Positions 52,206-64,000 of a DNA stretch of 64,000 nt are shown piece by piece. The notes beneath the pieces are model-generated. The model searched no databases, was not told the DNA's origin, and was given only the letters and a program-made list of their open reading frames with translations. Where the stretch lies: positions 248,001 to 312,000 of the forward strand of contig MCFH01000037.1 in assembly GCA_002104945.1 (NCBI GenBank), read 5' to 3'. The position numbers and the translations under genes were made by a program. The first letter of the stretch is position 1, and each line of letters opens with the position of its first letter. Source of the stretch: Piromyces finnis finn. Lineage: Eukaryota; Fungi; Neocallimastigomycota.

Positions 52206-54346
52206 ATGAATGTTGATAATCTTACAAAATCAAATAAAAATTCCAATTTTTCAGAATATCATATTTCATCACCTTCTTCAAACCAATCATATAAAACTAG
52301 TATAAATCCAAATAATAATAACAATATATACATCATTAATTCCTCAAATATTAACAATAATATTAACATTAATAAAAATACAAATTATTCTAAACAAAAC
52401 AATAATCCTGTATCTACAGCCATAGAAATATCCCAATCCAAGACTACCTTTGAAATAAATAAGAACTTAAATAACAATCATAATTTTTTAACAAATCTCA
52501 CCAATAATAGTAATAGTAATATAAATTGTGAAAACAATAGAAGAAAACATTTTTATTTTGAAGAAAATAATCATTATATTCCTACTACTACTGTAAACTA
52601 CCAGAATACTTTACCAGCCTCGGGACAAAATAAAAAAATTAAAATCGAAGATATTATTGATAACAATAAAAAAGAAATTTATAATAAGTCATATTCAAGT
52701 AACTATTTGCCAAATTATCAACCAACAAATAGCAAAAATTCATTAGACTATCTTAATAAAACATCTAATATACCTAATAATAGTACTATTTTAACAAATT
52801 CAAATAATCAAACCTCTACCAAATATTATAGAAATAAAAGTTCACTTGAACATTTATACCAAAATAATAATATTATAAATAATAAAAATTACTCTAATTT
52901 GATTTACATTAATTCAGATATTAGAAATACTTATCCACAATCAAATTCATATCAATCCGTAAATCCATTATTAGTAAAACAATCCTCTAATTATATCTAT
53001 AATAGTAATAATAATCTATCTAAAATGATACCTTCTGTACAAAATGCGGAATCAAATGCTTCTCAAATGGAATACTCTCACAGTGAAGACTCAAGTCAAA
53101 GTCACTTGAAAAGAAAATCATTATCAAAGATGAGTATTGATAATATTACTAATAATGATGATAATTATCAGAAGGACACCAAAATTAATAACAATGATAG
53201 TAATGGTTTAACGGTGAATTCTACTTCATCAAAAAATTTAGCAAAATCACCAAATTCATATACCACTCAAAAAACGTCCCAAAACAATTCCTACTCTTCT
53301 ACACCATCTATAAAAAGTAAAAGTGATATTCAAAATCAATCACAAACTAGTGTTTCAATAGAGAACCATAATCAAAAGGAAAATATTACTACTACTACCA
53401 CTACCACTACTACTACCACCACAACTACTACAACCACAACAAATATAACAACGTCTTCAACAACCATTTCCACCAATAATAATAGTAGTAATAATAAATC
53501 CTCCAACTTCAATGCAGTGAAAAAAATAAATAATAATCCAACACCATCTCTATCTAAAACTGTTACTAACTCTAATTCCTGTATATATTTACCGAAAAAT
53601 TTTTATGAAGTAGAAATTAATCATCTTATTTATTTGATCGCAGAGATGTTGGAGAAGCTTACCAAATATAATGATCAAATTACCCTTACAAAGGAAAACT
53701 TAACTCGTTTTCATTCAAGAAAAGCACCAGAAATATCTATCTATGATTATTTGAAACGTATCGTAAAATATGCTGCAATTGATAAGGTTGCTCTTCTTAG
53801 TTTATTAATCTATATAGATCGTATCTGTAAGAGACATCGTATGTTTACTATTAGTTCTTTGACAGTACATCGTTTTATTATTACCTCACTAACCTGTGCA
53901 TCAAAAGCCATGTGTGATTCTATATGTACCAATACCCATTATTCAAAAGGTAAATCATTATCGCTTTATATCATAATATTCAATAATATTCTATGAAATA
54001 TAATTTTAATTTATCAATGAAATCTATTACTAATGGTAATTGTTTATTATTTTTTTCATTATTATTATTATTATTTAATAATTCTAAAGTTGGTGGAGTA
54101 CATATAAAAGAACTTAATCTTTTAGAATTAGAGTTTCTTTTCCTTATTGATTGGCAATTAGCATGTACTGATGTATCAGAATTACAACAATATTATGTCA
54201 ATTTAGTTCGTCAATCATCCATCTATCATATTATGCCGGATTCAGAGGAAAATAGTAAAAATGAAAATACGAATTCCATTACTAATACTAATACCAACAG
54301 TAATAATAATGATAATAAAAGTGTAGGGTTACAAGATGTGGATTAA
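52206..54346 (+). CDS. Pho80/Pcl-family cyclin with long Asn/Ser/Thr-rich N-terminus (2 exons)
   Basis: Cyclin box LTRFHSRKAPEISIYDYLKRIVKY...TVHRFIITSLTCASKAMCD...NTHYSK|VGGVHIKELNLLELEFL; intron ~53949-54089 joins ORFs 52206 and 53993. Confidence 0.9.
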
Positions 54347-55647
54347 GTAATATTTTATAATAGAAATATTTTTATTAAACCTGATAATAATAAATAATGA
54401 GTATTATAAAAAAGAAAATTTAAAGAAGGCAAAAGAAAAAAAAAAAGAGCACAATATTATAATAGGAGATTACATTTAATATATTTTTTCATTTTCTAAA
54501 ATCTAAAGCAAATATTAAAAAAAAAAATAAAAAAAAAATTAAAAAAATAGTAAAATTTATATACAATTATATATATACATTATTATTATTACTATTATTA
54601 CTATTATTATTATTATTCCTTACAAGTAACCCTTATACAGTACATGCACATGAATAAAAAGTTTTTTCTTACTGGGTTGTTATTATTTAATTTCATTTTT
54701 TAGTACTTATAATCATATATTTTATTTTATTTATTTATTTAATAAACTAAATAACCTATTTTATTAATAAAAAAAAAAAAAAAAATATCGCATTGATTTT
54801 TATTTTATTTTTTTATTATAATACTCTTTATCCTTTTTTTTTTTCAATGTTATCATTTAAAAAAAAGAAAAAAGAAAAAATGTTAATAAAGAGATATTTC
54901 ATAATTTAATTTTTAAATTTTATAAAAAAAAAAAAAAAAAAGAGAGGGGGGGATTATTTATAATATTATGTTATTGTATTTCTAATTAATACATATCTTT
55001 TTTTTTTTTTTTTTTTTTTTTCATATGTATTATTTCAGTGAATCGTCAACTTTTGTGAAAAAAAAAAAAAAAAATTCTTTATAATTTAATACCAGATTAG
55101 TTACACAAATAAAATATTAAAAAAAAAAAAAAAAAGTTAATTGAAAAAAAGAAATAAAACATATTAAAATTATAGTAAAAAAAAAAAAAAAAAAAAAAAC
55201 TTTTCTGACTTTTCTTTGTTATCTTCCTCAATTAATATATTATAATATTCTTATTTTTAATTAATAAATAGTGTAAAAAAAAAAAAAAGAAAAGAAAAAT
55301 TAAATTATTATTTATATATAACTAAATTCAATGTATTATTTATTTAATGTTATATATATAACTATTAATATTTTATATTTATTTTACTTTTGAAAAATTA
55401 TCATTTTATTTCATAGGTTAAAACTAAAAAAATCTCTTTTTGATTTGTTAATATTTAAAAAAAAGCTTAATTGTATAAATAAGGTTATTTGCTTATATGA
55501 GAAAAAATATAATAAAAAAGAATTTCTTTTTTTTTTTCTTTTTCTTATTTAAAAAGAATATGAGAAAAAAGATCAAATTAACAGAATAATTAATAAAAGT
55601 TTTAGTATTTTTTTTTTTTTTAAAAAAAAAAACAGTAATAATTAAAA

Positions 55648-56616
55648 ATGACATTTTCAACATATATTAGTAAAATAAATAATCGAAAGAATTATCTATT
55701 GATTGTTGCAATAATTTCACTTGTATATTACTTTTTTTTTTTTTATCCTTTAATATATAGCAATTCTATTTTAAATGGTAAATTCTAGCTAATGCTTCCC
55801 TTTTTTTTTTTTTATTTCATTTATTATATATGATTTGTTTATATATAAAGGTTATTTCAAGTTTATATGTAAATATAGTTGGAATAGTTTTTGGAGCTTT
55901 ATGTATTATCGGACTACAAAAGGTTAAAATTCAAAATATATATATACATTATTAATATCCCTATTGTATTCCTATCAATCTATTTATTATAAATATATAT
56001 ATATATTATTATTTTCTCTCTCTATTTTAATAAAATATCATTATTTTTTAAATTATAATAATAATAGGATAAAATAAAATTTTTAAAGGCATTTTCAATT
56101 TATAGTACTGTTGAATTAGTATTTGCTTCAATTACTGCTGTAGGATTTGTTATCATTTTATTTTTTGATATCTATCTAATAATACATCCTAATAAAGAAA
56201 AACAAGATGAATTAAATAAAGATTTATATGATGAATTTCATGATGATTATGATTACAAGCCAGAAGGAAATTTATTATATATTTTAAATATAGCTGATAT
56301 ATGTTGGTATATCTGTCTTTCTGTGTTTTTTATTCTTTTTAAGGTAATAAAGCATTAAAAAATAATTTTTTATTTTTATATAAAGTAAAGATGATAAGAT
56401 ATTAAGTCATATTTTTTTTAAAAAAAAACATTTCCTTTCTTTTTTTTTTTTTTTTTTTAATATTAAATATAATAATAGAAATTTTCTATAGAATTAGTAA
56501 ATGCCTATATTAATGATATTAAAGAATTCGATGAAGTCAGCCATTTAGAAAATGGTAAAAATACTAATTATACCACTAATAATGAAGCAATCGAAAAAAT
56601 CAATATATATCAATAA
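55648..56616 (+). CDS. Small four-transmembrane protein (~179 aa, 4 exons; not in ORF track)
   Basis: Phase-0 GT-AG exons 55648-55722, 55851-55922, 56089-56343 and 56479-56616 join in frame; four hydrophobic segments with an acidic loop between TM3 and TM4. Confidence 0.65.
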
Positions 56617-56716
56617 TAAATACACCCACAAATGAATGAATATATGAATTACCTATATATTAAATAAAAAGTTTTTATAATTTCTTAATTTCTTTTTTTT
56701 TTTTATTGTTTTTCTA

Positions 56717-56872
<156 letters not shown>

Positions 56873-58181
56873 TAAACAGAAATTTTATTATAGTAATATA
56901 TACAATTTATATTTATTCTTATGCTATTTTATAAATCTCAAATTTATTTTAAGCCTATTAATTTTCTGATTACAACTATTAAAATTTCATATGAAAAAAT
57001 AATAATAAAAATAAAACTTTATATTAAAAATGAAAATAATTGTTGAAATAGGATATATATATTCTAGATAGTCAATAAACTTATTTGATTTTAATTTACA
57101 ATTCAATATTAATTCTTGTTATAAAATATCATTTTATTTTTATATAAATTTTTACTATACATTTTAAGATGCTTTTTATACATAATCATATGGATAAAAA
57201 AAATAATATGTAGAATACATCTCCCATGTTATAAATAAATATAGAAAAGGAGATTTTCTTTTTCCTTTTTTTTATTATATATATTAAAAAAGTATATATA
57301 TTCAAATTATAACTTTTTTTTTTTTTTCCTTGGTTAAAGTAAAATTGATATAAAATTAAAATATATTGTGATAGTAATTTGAGAATTTTTAAAATACAAA
57401 AAATATCGTATTTTTTCTTTTTTATTATAATTTATCTTTATAAGTTTATTTCCTTAATTGAAATTAAAAATAAAAAAGGATGCATAAGGTTTTAATTAAT
57501 TACTTTTACCGAAATTAAAATACTATGAACGATTATGTTGATTAAAAAAAAAAATTTTTTTTTTTCTATATAATAATATTTAAATATATAATATTATAAT
57601 AATTCTCACTCTCTTCATTCATTCATTCATTCTTTTTTTTCTTTTTTTTTCCAAAAAGGATATTTATATATAAATAATAACTAAAATAATAGATTGATTA
57701 TTATTGCTATTATAATTATTGTTGTTGTTTTTATACATTTCGAAAGTTAGATTTTTATATCCTTTTTTTTTTTTTTGTAATGAATACTTTTAATCTTTAT
57801 ATTTTATGAAAATCAACTTTTTTTTTTTTTTTCATTTATCTGTTATAACTTTTTTTTTTCATTTTCTATTTTTATACCAGTATCGAATAAATAATGTTTC
57901 ATTTTTATAGAAAAAAGGGAAGAATCTGTTCATATATTTCTATCTAAAGTTTTTTTTTTTAAATTTCATTTATAATAAAGTGATTTTAAAAGGTTGTTTA
58001 ATGCTTATAATCCTAAAGACTTTATTATTTATAAATAAGTATTATTATCATTATGAAGGAATTATGAATTAACCCTAGCCATGGTATAATTTATTTTATT
58101 AGTCTTTTATAATTATATTGAATTAATGATTTTTTTTTCTCTCTTTCTTTTTTCTCTCTTTTTCTTTCTTTCTTTTTTTTT

Positions 58182-58463
58182 TTATCTTGATCTTTTCCAT
58201 TTTTCACTTAATATTTTATTTTTATCTATATCATGTTTATTATCAAGAGAACCGAAATTAGAGACAATAGTATTATTTTTATCCTTGGTAGGTTTATTTA
58301 TATTAACTTCACTATCATTATTATTATTATTAATATTATTATTAATATTATTACTAATTCCTAAAATCATTTTTTCAAAACCATCTAGAAACATTAAAGC
58401 TATCATAAAAATAGCTAAAATTAATAGGATTCCTTTAATTCGTAATATTTCTAAAAGCCTCAT
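58182..58463 (-). CDS. Hypothetical small protein with N-terminal hydrophobic anchor (93 aa)
   Basis: ORF MRLLEILRIKGILLILAIFMIALMFL followed by an Asn-rich polar tail; AT3 codon usage like neighbouring genes; no recognisable family. Confidence 0.4.
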   Translation of the reverse strand: MRLLEILRIKGILLILAIFMIALMFLDGFEKMILGISNNINNNINNNNNDSEVNINKPTKDKNNTIVSNFGSLDNKHDIDKNKILSEKWKRSR

Positions 58464-59196
58464 TTTTTTAAAGTACTAAATATCAATATTTAAATCATAA
58501 AATATTATATAACATAAATAATAATAATAAGAAAAAAAGTTTACTAATTTTTTTTTTTCCCGTTCAATATAAAAATAAAATAAAAAAAAAAAACTTATCA
58601 AATAAACTTTAAAAAATTATTTAATCATTATATATAATTAATTTAATGTTAAAAGAGTTATTTATTATTATTTTTATTAAAAGAATTTGTTTATTTTAAA
58701 ACAATCATGATAAAGCATAGTATTAAAAAAAAAAAAATAAAACTTTATATGTTACATTAAAAAAACAAATAAAAAAATCTTTTTTTTTTTTTTAATGCAA
58801 AAGGACTAAAGAATACTGGAAATATAAATTTACATAATTTTACCTTTTTTAAATCCTAAACTTTATTAAAGGTTTAAGAATAAAATATTTAAAATAAAGA
58901 ATATTATATAAATATAGATAGATATAAATTATCCTTTTTTTTTTTTTTTAACTTTCATTTGACTATTTAAAAAAAATATAAAGTTTATTATTTAGTGTTT
59001 TTAGGTAAATCGTAAATCATAATAAACATATTATAAATATAACTTTTTTATAATTAACATTAAATCATTATTAAAAAAAAAGAGTGAATAAAAAAAATAA
59101 AAATAAAAATAATTGGATATACTGCGGATTGCATAGAATTAAAAAAAAAAAAAGATTATAGTTATGTAGTAATTACTATTATATATAAATTAAATG

Positions 59197-59227
<31 letters not shown>

Positions 59228-60026
59228 TTTTATTTAGTTTTTCTTAATTTTTTTTTTTTTTTTTTTTTTATAAAATATAATATATACATATTTTATTTTA
59301 AATAATACTATTAAAAGGTAAATAATAAAAGACTTTAAAAAAGAAAAAGAAGAATATACTTTTTTTTTTAAATTTTTTATTATTATTTATTTATTATTAT
59401 TGGTAATTGGTAATAGATTTAAAAATATAAAATTTATTATTGTGTTAATGATAAATATTAATATGAAAAAAAAAAAAAAAAACTTTTTTTTTTATTATGT
59501 GTAAATATATATATTTTCTCATTTTCAACTCTAATAAAACTTTTTTTTGTTGTTGTCGAAAAAGAAAAAAATATATATATAAGACAGATGGTTTTATTAT
59601 TTCTTTATATTAAAAATAATAATATTATAATAGATTTATTTACTAAATAAAATAAAATAAAATAAAAAACTACTTAATAAACATATGTATGATATATAAA
59701 TGAAAAGGAAGAAGAAGAAGAAAAAAAAAAGGTTAAATATTATTATTATTATTTTTCTTCATATTTAATTATTGTAATGATAAATATATGGCATATTTCC
59801 TTTTTAATTTTTTTAAATAATTTTCTGTGTTTATTATTGGTGTATGAGTGCTAATTATTATTGTTGCTGTTGCTGTTGTTCCTATCGATTTTATTTAAAG
59901 TTATGGTAATGACGATTTTTTTTGTTATTATATTTTTTTTTTTTTAATTTTTCTTTTGTTAAATTTCTTATATATATATTACATTGATATTTAATTTAAT
60001 TCTTTTTATGATTCAATTGATCCAAT

Positions 60027-63000
60027 TTATTCACGAATACTTGGTAATTCAATTGGCTTCATAGAAGTTGGTGTTGCTGGTGTTGATGGAGGATCTATCA
60101 TTAATGAAGTACGCTTAGATTTATCTTCATTTAATTGAATCTTTCTAGATAAACGACGTTTTGATTTCTTCCATCTTTCTTGTTCTAATTGATAAGCAGT
60201 TTCTAATTCATTATATTGCATACGTGATTGACATAATTCAACTTGAGTGGCACGTAATTTATCCTTCAAGAATTGTAATTCTTCTTGTAAAGATAATAAA
60301 CGATCATCACCTTTAATCTTTTCTTCTTGACTTAAAATAGTTCTTAAATCTTTAACTTGCATTTTAACTGCTTCATTATCTTCTTGTAATTCCTTAACTA
60401 ACTGCTTTAATAATATAATTTCATCGGTGAGAGCTTGTTGAATCTTTTTATCTTCGTTTATCTTATTGGCTTGTTCCTTGTTTTCCTTTCTTAATAATTT
60501 TAAAGTTTCACGAAGTTGTTCCATTTCTCTTTGAGCTGGTTCTCTCTTTTTGATATCTTCTAAATGTTCATGTTTTAATTGATCTAATCTATTATCACTA
60601 ACAACCTTCTTAAGTTCAGTAACTTCTTTAATCATTTGTTCAACATCATTAACTTGAGTGAACTTTTCTGATTTTAAAAAGTCCATTAATGAATCAAACT
60701 TTTCAATACCTAATAAGTCATCTTCGTGTCTCTTTAAAATGACTAATGCGAAACGTAATAATACTGATATTGGTCCCTCAACAAGGATCATATCAACAAT
60801 ACGGAAAACTAAATCAACATTGACTAGGTAGTTAGGTCGTATTTGATATTATTAAAATAATTTTTTTAAAAAAAAAATAATGTTAATTTGTCTTTTTTAT
60901 TCCTATAATAATTAATAATTTTATTTGGATGTATAATCAACTTACAGCTATAACTGAAGAGGGTTAAAAACCATTGAGAAGCATACATCATAGGACTTAA
61001 ATTGTATCTATAGAAATGGAAGTATAATGCAGGAATGTAAGTTTGGAAAATAGCATTAAATTGATATATTAATAACATTAAACCAGGCATTTTTGGAGTA
61101 AAGAGAGTTCTTAAATTATAGGATTCCATTAAACGAACAAAAATTGTAAATACAAGTTCTTCTTTTATCTGTTGTGATATTATAAAAATATGATAAATTT
61201 ATTATTAAAAATATTAATATTATTCGATTATATATTAAATCATTCAATAAATTTTGTTATTAACTAGATTATTTTTAAAATTATTATTTTATTTTTTCTT
61301 AAATTTTTATTTAAAAACTTACACCTTGCATGATGAAAAGACCAGCAATGAAACTTAAACCTTGACAATAACCAACTTCTGAATCGTAAATACTGTAAGC
61401 TTTCATAATATTATATAATTGTTTACGAACTTCATCAGTTTTAAACATTGGGATTTCTGGGAAAGTACGACCAAGATCTTGGTTAATGGCTCTTTCATAT
61501 GGACAATGTTCATGTAATAATTGCCAGTAAAGAACATCCAAGTGTGCATCAAAGGAATCTGAAATACTTAACCAGATTTCACCTCTATGTTCAGCTGGTA
61601 CACCTCTTTGAACACGTTCTAATAAATCACCAAACTTATTACTACCATCTGTAATTTGGGAATTAACATCTAATTCAGAATCTTTCTTATATTCTTTTAA
61701 AAAGGCATCCCAAAATTCTTCATCGGTATCAAAATAACTATTCTTTTTCTTTAAGAAAGAACCTACATAACTCATTAAAGATGCACCAGATGTAACTTTC
61801 TTTGGTTTATCAGCATTACTAGCAGCTGTAGAAGTACTACTATTTGAAGAGACTGATGAAGCTGTTGAGAAGAAATATTCCTTAAAACTCTTTGCTCTTT
61901 TACGTTTTTCAACTTCTGGATTTTTGTTTTCTTTTTCTTTGTATTGGGTTTCTTGGGTTTCGTGGGTTTCTTGAGCCTTCTTTATAGCTGCTAAAGGAAT
62001 AATAATAAAATATTATAAAAATAAATTTTTGATTTAGTTATAATCTTTTGAAATATAAATTTAATAGAAGTATATATATTTATAATAAGAATTTAAAAAA
62101 TTTTAAATATATTTTAACATATTTATAATTTCTCAATTCATTTTTATGTTTTGATATATTAAATTATGTTTAATTCTTATTTATAAAAAATAGGAAAATT
62201 ATTTATATGCTTAATATCATTCAGAATGAATATATTTTTGAACGGTATTAATATATATGTATATAGTTTTTTTTTTTTTTTTTAATTTAAAATTTAATAA
62301 ATTAATAATTAATTGAATTAACTATTGAAATAATATTAATTTTATCTTGCTGTTCAATAGTTTCGTCTATTTTGCTTTAATTTATGAAGTCTTTCTATTA
62401 TCAGACAAATATTGATGAAGCTTCATTTAAATAATTCTTATAAATTTTTACTTGCTGAAACTTTATTTGTTATTAATTTAAATGTTATAAAATATGGAAG
62501 AATAATTTATTTTTGATTTTAATGTAAATTAGTATTTAATTAATTCTAAAAACTTTAATTATTGACAGCTTCCAAAAAATTTAAAACATTACAAAATGGC
62601 AATTTTTGAGTTTGATTATTATTTGTAATATGATTGTTTGTTGAAGTAATTGTTTATAAATAAATTGAGAATCATTATTTCTTATGAAAATAAACCTAAA
62701 TTTTTAAAAACTTATTATAATATATATTCTAATTTATTTTAAAACCCCTTTCTTGACTAACAAAATTAAAGAAAAAAAAATTGAAAGAAAAAATTTTAAA
62801 TAAAAATTAAATTATATATATTTAAAAGTTATTGTATTAATCTAAAATTTTTTCTTTTCTATTTTTTTTTCTTTTTCATTTTCTTTTTTAGTTATTAGTT
62901 ATTAGGGATTTCTTACAATTAATTTCTTTTTCATTTTGAGTTGTGTCTTGTATACCTTCTTGACGAGTAACGGAGGCAGATAGTGAAGCTGAACTACGTG

Positions 63001-63628
63001 GAGGAGGAATATGATTACCAAGATTTAAATGAGTTTCATCAGTAGCAACAGTTAAGTCTGGTTTCTTTTCTTCTATAATTTCTTGAGTATTTTGAGCAAT
63101 GATGTCTTCAGCAAGAATTGGTACTTTTATGCCTATATCTCTTGGAACATCTTTTATGGTAGTGTCATCTCTTTCTTCATCTTTATGATTATCTATCGAG
63201 TTAATATCAACGCTAACTTCAGTGTTAACAATAGATTCGTTATCAGCATTTATTATTGAGTCATTTTCACCAGAAGAATCGACTGTAATATTTGTTTCTT
63301 CATAAAGATAACTATCATTTGATAATTCTGAAGAAATTGAAATAGAACGTTGACGTCCATGAATATATTTAGTAAATAATGGTACAGAGAATTCTGGTGG
63401 TGGTGGTATTACAATATCATCATCTTCTTTATTTTCTTTATTATTTGATTCTTCTAATTTTTCAATTTCTTCTTTGGTTTCTTCTATTTCTTCTTTTACT
63501 TTTTCTATAGTAATAGCTTTATTTCCTTCATTTTCAGTTTGTTTTACTTCATTCTCTGTAGTTTCTACTATTGATTTTTCATTTTCATTATTGGAAACTG
63601 ATGAATTTTGTTCTTCAGCGGTCAACAT
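60027..63628 (-). CDS. TBC-domain Rab GTPase-activating protein (Gyp5/Gyl1/EVI5-like) with C-terminal coiled coil, 4 exons
   Basis: GVPAEHRGEIW, INQDLGRTFP, VGYCQGLSFIAG, YASQWFLTLFSYS|FNVDLVFRIVD; acidic N-terminal exon (62888-63628 ORF) splices in phase 1 to the exon ending ~61991; coiled-coil tail. Confidence 0.9.
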
Positions 63629-64000
63629 TTTTAATATTTACCTCTAATTTAATTATTATATATAGTAATAAAAATTAATTATAATAATAAAAATAAATAT
63701 TCATTTTTAGTAATATTATAAACTGAATTTATTAAATGTTTTTTTTTCAAAACAAAGATTCAATATGATAATTTTTTTTTCTTTGTATTTTTTAATTCTA
63801 TATATATATATTAAAACATTATGTTTTTAAAATTTATCGTGTAAAAATACAAATATTGACAATTGGTAAACTTTCAGTCGTTAATATATAATAATTTGAA
63901 ATTTTAATTATTTTATTCTTATCATTCTTTAACTTTTGTATTTTGGTGTATTTGAAATTTCTATCTTGCTTAACAATGTATTTATTATTTAATAAAATCT

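Overview
Very AT-rich, intron-rich eukaryotic DNA. Composition, short GT-AG introns, long microsatellites and gene content point to an anaerobic gut fungus (Neocallimastigomycota); this is an inference. Conserved genes: ORC1, a TOM1/HUWE1 HECT E3 ligase, a GPI-type CE4 polysaccharide deacetylase, NAS2/PSMD9, a coactosin-like ADF-H gene (absent from the ORF track), MCM3, a Pho80/Pcl-type cyclin, a small 4-TM protein (absent from the ORF track) and a Gyp5/EVI5-like TBC Rab-GAP. Accessory content: two intronless paralogous ankyrin proteins (945 and 2635 aa) sharing an unusual N-terminal module and a novel-looking helical repeat. The most notable non-coding signals are (1) a ~550-bp GC-enriched retroposon at 27117-27670 with a poly(A) tail, a perfect 13-bp TSD ending in TTAGGG, a Pol III B-box-like head and a structured body (candidate SINE), and (2) a structured intergenic RNA candidate at ~42690-42915 with H-box/ACA-box architecture. 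All exon boundaries and pairings were read by eye.
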